Shown: positions 50,581 through 56,644 of the stretch, piece by piece
Position numbering within the stretch: position 1 is the stretch's first letter
How the letters are laid out: every line of letters starts with the position of its first letter
NCBI GenBank assembly: GCA_964578585.1
Contig: CAZODM010000003.1
Span: forward strand, 1-56,644
Length of the DNA stretch: 56,644 nt
Direction of reading: 5' to 3'
Source: an uncultured Desulfobacterales bacterium
Lineage (GTDB): Bacteria > Desulfobacterota > Dissulfuribacteria > Dissulfuribacterales > JAMONC01
Position numbers and translations under genes: made by a program
The notes under the pieces: model-generated
Told to the model about the DNA's origin: nothing
Databases searched by the model: none
The model's input: only the letters and a program-made list of their open reading frames with translations

Positions 50581-50607
50581 TTTCTTCATTTTTCTTCATT
50601 TTTCATT
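50581..50607 (+). repeat. Tandem 10-mer TTTCTTCATT x2 plus partial copy in a T-rich tract (possible DNA-unwinding element)
   Basis: TTTCTTCATT at 50581-50590 and 50591-50600, then TTTCATT at 50601-50607. Confidence 0.5.
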
Positions 50608-50741
50608 GTTTTTTAAATAATTTCTGATTTTTCCAAAATTTGAATTTAGTAAAGTGTTTTTTATGGTTAGTTACTAACGATTTTTGGTTCACATTAAAGT
50701 CTTAAGTGTTTATAAATATGCTAATTAAGAAAGGAGGAATT

Positions 50742-51146
50742 ATGAAGTTAAAAGATATTATGAACACTAATTTAGAGTTTATTAATGCAAGTGCAAGCGT
50801 CTATGATGCAATCGAGAAGATTGTAGACAAGAGAATAAGGTCTCTTTTAGTAACTCATATAGATAAAGATGATAGATTTGGATTAATTACAGTGAGAGAT
50901 ATTGTATATAAAGTAATAGATAAGGGATTAGATATAAAACAAACAAAAGTAGGGGAAATTGCTTCTAGCCCTTTGGTATGTATAAACAAAGAAGAATATT
51001 TAGATAAGATCATTAAAATGATGAGTAAAGCCAATGTCTCTAGAGTTTTTATATGTGAAAATAATAAGATTATTGGAGTTATTTCTTTAATAGATATCTT
51101 AAGGGCATATTTAGTTTCTAATGCTAAAGGAGAGGACATTGTTTAA
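50742..51146 (+). CDS. CBS-domain pair protein
   Basis: About 134 aa from ATG 50742, preceded by AAGGAGG (50731-50737); the ORF-track GTG 50706 is less likely; tandem CBS motifs. Confidence 0.8.
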   Translation: MKLKDIMNTNLEFINASASVYDAIEKIVDKRIRSLLVTHIDKDDRFGLITVRDIVYKVIDKGLDIKQTKVGEIASSPLVCINKEEYLDKIIKMMSKANVSRVFICENNKIIGVISLIDILRAYLVSNAKGEDIV

Positions 51147-51771
51147 AAAATCCTTTTGGGGTGGTAGTAAAGAGGAAAAGGTCCTTGCTCTAATAGACAA
51201 GCATATAAATTTGTTAATAACAGCATGTAAGTTGTTTAAAACGGCTTTTATCTCTTCAGACATTGTTACAATGAATAATATTTTAGATATAGAAAGAGAA
51301 GGGGACTTTGTACGAAGAGAGATTATCACTTTCGTATACGAAGGTGCATTTTTAGCATTTGTTAGGCCTAGTTTGTGTCAATTTGTTGAAATTGTGGATG
51401 AAGTTATAGATGAGGTAAAAGAGGCAGCTCAAAGATATATTTTAGGTATCAATTTAAGTGATTATCTAAAGGAAGAATGCATAAAAATCTCCAATTTAAA
51501 TCAAGAGGCAAGTGAGGTCTTACTTTTATCTTTTAAATCCTTTTGTAAAGGAGAAGACCTGAGAGAGAAAAATTTAGCCATTAGAATTTGTGAAAAAAGG
51601 ATAGATGAGATAAAAATAGAAGTTTTTAGAAACCTGTTAAATGTAAAGAGCACAGATGATTTTTGGCATAATAAAATATTGTCTGATTTTTTATACTCCT
51701 TAGCTAATATAAGTGATCTAATAGAAGACGCAAGTGATGCGCTTCAGATATTAAGTGTAAGTGTACGGTAA
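51121..51771 (+). CDS. DUF47 / PhoU-like phosphate-transport accessory protein
   Basis: 216 aa; helical PhoU-like repeats; immediately upstream of a PiT transporter (standard pairing); start uncertain because it overlaps the CBS gene. Confidence 0.75.
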   Translation: MLKERTLFKKSFWGGSKEEKVLALIDKHINLLITACKLFKTAFISSDIVTMNNILDIEREGDFVRREIITFVYEGAFLAFVRPSLCQFVEIVDEVIDEVKEAAQRYILGINLSDYLKEECIKISNLNQEASEVLLLSFKSFCKGEDLREKNLAIRICEKRIDEIKIEVFRNLLNVKSTDDFWHNKILSDFLYSLANISDLIEDASDALQILSVSVR

Positions 51772-51773
51772 TA

Positions 51774-52730
51774 ATGTCTATATTGTATATACATTTTTCA
51801 TTTCTTATTGTTTCTGTTGTTCTTATTAGTTTTGCAGTAGGTTCAAACAGTACTTCAAATGCAGTAGGCATATCAATTGGTTGTCAGATTATTACAATCC
51901 GGAATGCTATATTATTTTTTAGTCTTTTTGTTTTTATTGGTTTATTTTTACAAGGCTCTCATGTCATGGAAACAGTAGGCAAGAATCTTGTAAAATTAGA
52001 TATTGATGATATCACTGTATCCATGTTGATAGCTGCTACTTTAATTATATCTTCTAATATAAGACGCATCCCTTTATCTACCCATCAAGTAATTATTGGA
52101 AGTCTTACAGGAGTAGGTTTTGCTTCAGGTATTAAAATAAATTGGGAGCTTTTATTAAAAATATTAATATCTTGGATTGTCTCACCTTTTTTTGCTTTTT
52201 TATTAGCTATAGCCTTTTATAAAATAATAGAGCTTATCACATCTAAAGTAGCATTTCTATTTTTAGATAAATTTATTAAGTACTTATTAATACTTGGGAT
52301 ACTTTTTATTGCTTATAATACTGGTGCAAATGAACTAGCAACAGTATTGGGTCCTTTTGCATGTATACCTATAGTAGCCAAGCATATATTTTGGCTTCAA
52401 ATATTAGGAACAATGGCTTTATTTTTTGGAGCCCTAATATTAGGACCAAAAGTAATATATACCGTTGGCAAGGGGATTACTAGTCTTGATCCATACTCTG
52501 GTATTGCTGCACAGTTAGGAGCTAGTGTCAGTGTCTTAATCTTTACATTTTTTGCAATGCCGGTATCCACTACCTATTGCATTATAGGTGGTATTAGCGG
52601 AGTAGGAGCACTTAAAGGAATGAAAACTGTAGGACGTAAGACCTTAAAAAATATTCTGCTTGTCTGGTGGTTAGCACCATTAATAGCATTCTTGCTAGCC
52701 TATTTTATAAAGATGAGTCTTAAAAGGTAA
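51774..52730 (+). CDS. Inorganic phosphate transporter, PiT family
   Basis: 318 aa; polytopic; duplicated PHO4 motifs (GSNSTSNAVG, GANELATVLGP). Confidence 0.88.
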   Translation: MSILYIHFSFLIVSVVLISFAVGSNSTSNAVGISIGCQIITIRNAILFFSLFVFIGLFLQGSHVMETVGKNLVKLDIDDITVSMLIAATLIISSNIRRIPLSTHQVIIGSLTGVGFASGIKINWELLLKILISWIVSPFFAFLLAIAFYKIIELITSKVAFLFLDKFIKYLLILGILFIAYNTGANELATVLGPFACIPIVAKHIFWLQILGTMALFFGALILGPKVIYTVGKGITSLDPYSGIAAQLGASVSVLIFTFFAMPVSTTYCIIGGISGVGALKGMKTVGRKTLKNILLVWWLAPLIAFLLAYFIKMSLKR

Positions 52731-53048
52731 AATTTTTCTGAAATGTAGATTTCATCTTGATCAACTTAAATTAGTCTTGCTTTCCATATCAAACCCAACT
52801 TGTAGCATCTTACCAATTAGTTATCAAATATTTTAGACCTAAATCATTATAAGCTTAAAATAAATACTAAAAAACTAAATAATACTAAAAAATTTTTTTA
52901 AAGTATCGAAAAGAATCTAAAGTTAGGGGACAAAATGCACAGGTGGGTGTGAGTTATATAACAAACAGAGATAGGTTTCTATTTTTACAAAAAGAGAAGA
53001 CGAATAATACTAATTATCTAGAGTTATTAACGAGGCAAAGGAGGAAAC

Positions 53049-54140
53049 ATGTCAAGATTCCTTCATATGGTTAGCTTTGATCCTAAGCTCAGCCGTAGAA
53101 GTTTTTTAAAAGGATGTGCGATTGCTGCTGCAGCCCTTGGACTTTCTGATGAAATGATACCTAAGCTTGCTGAAGCTGCTAGTTCTCCTAAGAGACCTCC
53201 TGTTGTATGGTTACACTTTCAAGAATGTACTGGGTGCTCTGAAAGTCTTTTAAGAGCATCACATCCTGATGTTGCAAGGTTAATTCTAGATCTGATTTCC
53301 CTTGATTATCATGAGACCCTTATGGCACCAGCAGGTAAACAGGCAGAAGAGGTATTAGATGAAACTATTAAGCAGTATAAAGGTAGATTTTTATGCGTGG
53401 TAGAAGGTGCAATACCTACTAAAGATGGTGGGGTCTATTGTAAAATTGGAGGTAGGACTGGCCTAGAGATTATAAACAATGTTGCACCAAAGTCTGCCGC
53501 TATTATTGCAATAGGAACATGTGCTGCTTTTGGTGGTGTACAGGCTGCAAAGCCGAATCCAACAGGTGCTGTTGGAGTAAGAGATATCATAAAAAATAGA
53601 CCTATAATAAATGTTCCTGGATGTCCACCTAATCCTATAAGTTTTTTAGGGACACTGCTTCACTATTTAACCTTTAAACGTTTTCCTGCTACAGATCAGC
53701 TTGGTAGACCTCTTTTTGCATATGGAAGGCGTATACATGATCACTGTGAAAGAAGACCTCACTTTGATGAAGGAAGATTTGTGGAACAATTTGGAGATGA
53801 GGCACATAGAAAAGGATACTGTCTATATAAAGTAGGCTGTAAAGGACCAGAGACATTTTCTAATTGTCCTGCTGTGAGATTCAATGATGTCGATGTATGG
53901 CCAGTTTCTGTTGGACACGGCTGTATTGGATGCACAGAGCCCAATTTTTGGGACACTATGAGTCCATTTTATAAGAGACTTCCTGGTGTAAAACTTCCAT
54001 TTGGAAATGGAGTTGTGGAAGGGGCAGATGAGCTTGGAGAAAAGATTTTAGGTGTTGCTGCTGCAGCAGTAGCTGTACATGCAGCAGTAGGTATTGGAAA
54101 ACATTTGGTAAAGAGTGGGTCAAAAGAAGAGGAGGACTAA
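53049..54140 (+). CDS. [NiFe] hydrogenase small subunit, Tat-exported, membrane-anchored (group 1)
   Basis: 363 aa; twin-arginine motif SRRSFLKG; FeS cysteines (ECTGCSES, GTCA, PGCPP, CIGC); C-terminal hydrophobic anchor. Confidence 0.95.
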   Translation: MSRFLHMVSFDPKLSRRSFLKGCAIAAAALGLSDEMIPKLAEAASSPKRPPVVWLHFQECTGCSESLLRASHPDVARLILDLISLDYHETLMAPAGKQAEEVLDETIKQYKGRFLCVVEGAIPTKDGGVYCKIGGRTGLEIINNVAPKSAAIIAIGTCAAFGGVQAAKPNPTGAVGVRDIIKNRPIINVPGCPPNPISFLGTLLHYLTFKRFPATDQLGRPLFAYGRRIHDHCERRPHFDEGRFVEQFGDEAHRKGYCLYKVGCKGPETFSNCPAVRFNDVDVWPVSVGHGCIGCTEPNFWDTMSPFYKRLPGVKLPFGNGVVEGADELGEKILGVAAAAVAVHAAVGIGKHLVKSGSKEEED

Positions 54141-54169
54141 TTTTTGTTTTTACATAAAAGGAGGACCAG

Positions 54170-55870
54170 ATGGCAAAGCACATAACGGTTGATCCAATTA
54201 CAAGAATTGAGGGTCACCTTCGTATAGATGTTGAAGTAGAGGGGGGTAGGGTAAAAAACGCATGGTCTTCAGCTCAGATGTGGCGTGGTATAGAGGTTAT
54301 TTTAAGAGGTAGAGATCCAAGAGATGCTTGGCTAATTACCCAAAGGGTCTGTGGTGTTTGTACTACAGTTCATGCTATTTGTTCTGTCCGTGCTGTTGAA
54401 AATGCTCTAGGGTTAGAAGTCCCAATGAATGCCCAATATATTAGAAACATCATAGTGGCAGCTCATGGAAACCAAGATCATATAGTACATTTTTATATAC
54501 TTTCAGCTCTAGACTGGGTAGATGTAGTTTCAGCAATCAAGGCAGATCCAAAAAAGACAGCAAGTCTTGCTCAAAGTCTTTCTGATTGGCCTAACAATAG
54601 CGTAGAAAGATTTAAACAAGTACAAGATAAATTAAAGGCACTTGTTGCAAGCGGGCAGCTTGGTCCTTTTGCAAATGGCTACTGGGGACATCCTGCAATG
54701 AAACTGCCTCCAGAGGTAAATTTAATGGCAGTTTCTCACTACCTAGAGTCTCTTGATTATCAAAGAAAGCTTGATTCTGCTATAGCTATTTTGGGTGGTA
54801 AAAATCCTCATATTCAAAATTTAGCAGTAGGTGGGGTTACAACTGCAATTAATCCCAATAGCGACTCTGCACTAAATGTAGAGAGGCTCTATTGGATAAA
54901 ACAAATGCTAGAAGAAGTACAGTCGTTTGTTCATAAGGTCTATCTAACAGATGTTATCGCTATTTGTGCGCTTTATAAAGACTGGCTTAAGTATGGAGCA
55001 GGAGTTAGAAATTATTTAGCTGTACCTGATATGCCATTAGATACAAAGGGTACAAGATTTGATATCCCTGGTGGAACAATCTTTAATGGTGATCTTTCCA
55101 CAGTAAAGGAATTTACTTCATTTAATGATACATACTTTAGAGACAATGTGGCTGAGTGTATTGTTCATTCTTGGTATAAAGGAAGTTGGACAAGACACCC
55201 ATTTAATGAAGATACAGTGCCTGATTATACAGGTTTTCAAAGTGATGGTAAGTATTCTTGGGCCAAATCTCCAAGATTTAATGGACTTCCAATGCAAGTA
55301 GGCCCACTTGCTCAGATATTAGTTGGATATGCTATAAAACATAAGCTTATAACCAAATATGTGGATTCTTCCCTTAAAAAACTTAGTAAGATCGCAGATT
55401 CTAAAGTAGGGATAGAGGCACTTGAGTCTACACCAGGAAGACATTTGGCAAGGGCAATACGGTCAGCAGTATTGATAGATCTATCCTTAAAACACCTGGA
55501 GCTTCTTACTGAAAATATAGGAAGGGGAGACTATAAAATCTATAATCCACCAAATTTTCCTATGGGGATTCAAAGAGGATTTGGATTTCATGAGGCACCA
55601 CGAGGGGCACTTTCCCATTGGGTTGTTATAGAAGACGGTAGAATTAAAAACTATCAATTAGTTGTTCCTTCTACCTGGAATGCAGGTCCTAGAGATGACA
55701 AGGGACAACTTGGCCCTTATGAGGCATCACTATTAAATAATCCTATAGCAGAGCCGGAGAAACCTTTAGAAGTACTTAGAACAGTTCATTCTTTTGATCC
55801 ATGTATTGCCTGTGCAGTACATATGCTTGATCCCTGTGGTAAAGAGGTGACCAAAGTTAAGGTATTATAG
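54170..55870 (+). CDS. [NiFe] hydrogenase large subunit (group 1)
   Basis: 566 aa; RIEGH; RVCGVCTTVH (N-terminal Ni ligands); DPCIACAVH (C-terminal ligands), followed by a 15-aa extension of the kind removed by the maturation protease. Confidence 0.96.
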   Translation: MAKHITVDPITRIEGHLRIDVEVEGGRVKNAWSSAQMWRGIEVILRGRDPRDAWLITQRVCGVCTTVHAICSVRAVENALGLEVPMNAQYIRNIIVAAHGNQDHIVHFYILSALDWVDVVSAIKADPKKTASLAQSLSDWPNNSVERFKQVQDKLKALVASGQLGPFANGYWGHPAMKLPPEVNLMAVSHYLESLDYQRKLDSAIAILGGKNPHIQNLAVGGVTTAINPNSDSALNVERLYWIKQMLEEVQSFVHKVYLTDVIAICALYKDWLKYGAGVRNYLAVPDMPLDTKGTRFDIPGGTIFNGDLSTVKEFTSFNDTYFRDNVAECIVHSWYKGSWTRHPFNEDTVPDYTGFQSDGKYSWAKSPRFNGLPMQVGPLAQILVGYAIKHKLITKYVDSSLKKLSKIADSKVGIEALESTPGRHLARAIRSAVLIDLSLKHLELLTENIGRGDYKIYNPPNFPMGIQRGFGFHEAPRGALSHWVVIEDGRIKNYQLVVPSTWNAGPRDDKGQLGPYEASLLNNPIAEPEKPLEVLRTVHSFDPCIACAVHMLDPCGKEVTKVKVL

Positions 55871-55893
55871 GGGATCCTTTAGGGAGGCTTATT

Positions 55894-56541
55894 ATGCAAT
55901 ATAAAAAATATAAGGCATGGGGAGTGCTTTTAAGGTTATATCATTGGTGTTTTGCACTTTCTATTGTGGTGCTGATAGCTACAGGTTTTTATATAGCAAA
56001 TCCTTGGGGTAGCAGAGATATTGAAACTACTGTTAGCTTCCCAATGGCTAATATTCGATATATACACTTTGTAGCTGCATTTGTATTTACTGCAGCAGTA
56101 CTTGTAAGGCTATTTTTGCTTGTTTTTGGCAACAGGCAAGAAAGATTTTGGGATTTTTTGCCTATTACTCCTAGAAATATAAAGAATTTCTTTTCTACCT
56201 TATTATACTACGCTTACTTTACGGATAAACATGAACATAGATTAGGACATAATGCATTAGCAGGTTGTCTATATATAATAACTCTTTTCTTTGCGGTCAT
56301 ACAGTCCCTTACAGGATTTTATATGCTGTATCCTGAAAATCCATCATGGCAAAAGCTAGGTCTAGAATTCTTTGGCACACAACAACAGGCAAGATTTCTG
56401 CATCATATATTAATGTGGTATTTTATATTATTTGCACTAATACATCTATATATTGTGATCTGGAATGATATAAAGGACCCTGAAGGACTTATTTCTTCTA
56501 TATTTAATGGGAAAAAGTTTATGCCTGTAAATAAGTCTTAG
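55894..56541 (+). CDS. Ni/Fe-hydrogenase b-type cytochrome subunit
   Basis: 215 aa; four TM helices; conserved His positions (RLYHW, IHFVAA, HNALAG, HHILMW); position after the large subunit. Confidence 0.9.
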   Translation: MQYKKYKAWGVLLRLYHWCFALSIVVLIATGFYIANPWGSRDIETTVSFPMANIRYIHFVAAFVFTAAVLVRLFLLVFGNRQERFWDFLPITPRNIKNFFSTLLYYAYFTDKHEHRLGHNALAGCLYIITLFFAVIQSLTGFYMLYPENPSWQKLGLEFFGTQQQARFLHHILMWYFILFALIHLYIVIWNDIKDPEGLISSIFNGKKFMPVNKS

Positions 56542-56575
56542 TAGTTTTTAATTGCTGCCTAATAAAATTAAGCAT

Positions 56576-56609
56576 AGGGCTATACTTTTAGTATAGCCCT
56601 TTATTTTTT
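56576..56609 (+). terminator. Rho-independent terminator after the hydrogenase operon
   Basis: AGGGCTATAC (56576-56585) pairs with GTATAGCCCT (56591-56600); 5-nt loop; then TTATTTTTT. Confidence 0.85.
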
Positions 56610-56644
56610 AATGAAGGTATTTAACCTGCCTTTTCTCTAATAGC

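Larger units (their letters stand above)
50187..50705. other. Candidate chromosomal replication origin (oriC) / dnaA promoter region
   Basis: 519-nt AT-rich gap directly upstream of dnaA; gene orientation switches here (minus strand to the left, plus strand to the right); contains short iterated motifs. Confidence 0.5.

Noticed and set aside
50543-50607. Possible mini-CRISPR or tandem array
   Set aside because: The repeats are only 10 nt, with two to three copies and no spacers. They fit origin or promoter iterons better.
50855-51329. Minus-strand ORFs 50855-51139 and 51111-51329 opposite the CBS and DUF47 genes
   Set aside because: They are antisense shadow ORFs, hydrophobic and low-complexity, without RBSs.
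56621-56644. Possible 3' end of a minus-strand CDS (...AIREKAG*) at the right edge
   Set aside because: Only 7 codons plus the stop are visible, so it cannot be told apart from chance.

Overview
56.6-kb chromosomal window from a low-GC bacterium (about 28-50 % GC in hand-counted samples). DsrC, desulfoferrodoxin, rubrerythrin, a flavodiiron protein and a periplasmic group-1 [NiFe] hydrogenase point to an anaerobic sulfur/sulfate metaboliser; the taxon cannot be assigned from sequence alone. The window holds dnaA and a probable oriC (about 50.19-50.70 kb), where gene orientation flips. Left to right: (1) minus-strand comM / Pat-type acetyltransferase / TraB-like / serS operon; (2) a 7.5-kb oxygen-defence supercluster: Fur/PerR-like regulator, rubrerythrin, pentahaem cytochrome c, Dfx, rubredoxin (missing from the ORF track), flavodiiron ROO, HEAT-like protein, cydAB; (3) a metallophosphoesterase; (4) a tightly coupled cobN / chlI-D fusion / permease-less ABC ATPase / lipoprotein operon; (5) HsdR_N-like protein, moaA, gcvH-like, fabD; (6) an 0.8-kb C-depleted non-coding tract opening an AT-rich bcsA-B-Z-C cellulose island, with a divergent DUF3108 plus tiny MucR_N-like gene pair; (7) xdhC, single-chain gltB, scpA, stand-alone fusA, DUF2934 protein, dsrC, a cooC-like ATPase overlapping folE2, ispD, glcD-like, dnaA; (8) CBS protein, DUF47-PiT, and hydrogenase small/large/cytochrome b genes. 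I saw no rRNA, tRNA, CRISPR, IS or prophage signal. The most promising unexplained units are the orphan class-I chelatase operon, the CooC-FolE2 coupled pair, the C-depleted tract at the bcs island border, and the exported pentahaem cytochrome inside the PerR-type cluster. All homology calls come from motif recognition by eye, not database searches.
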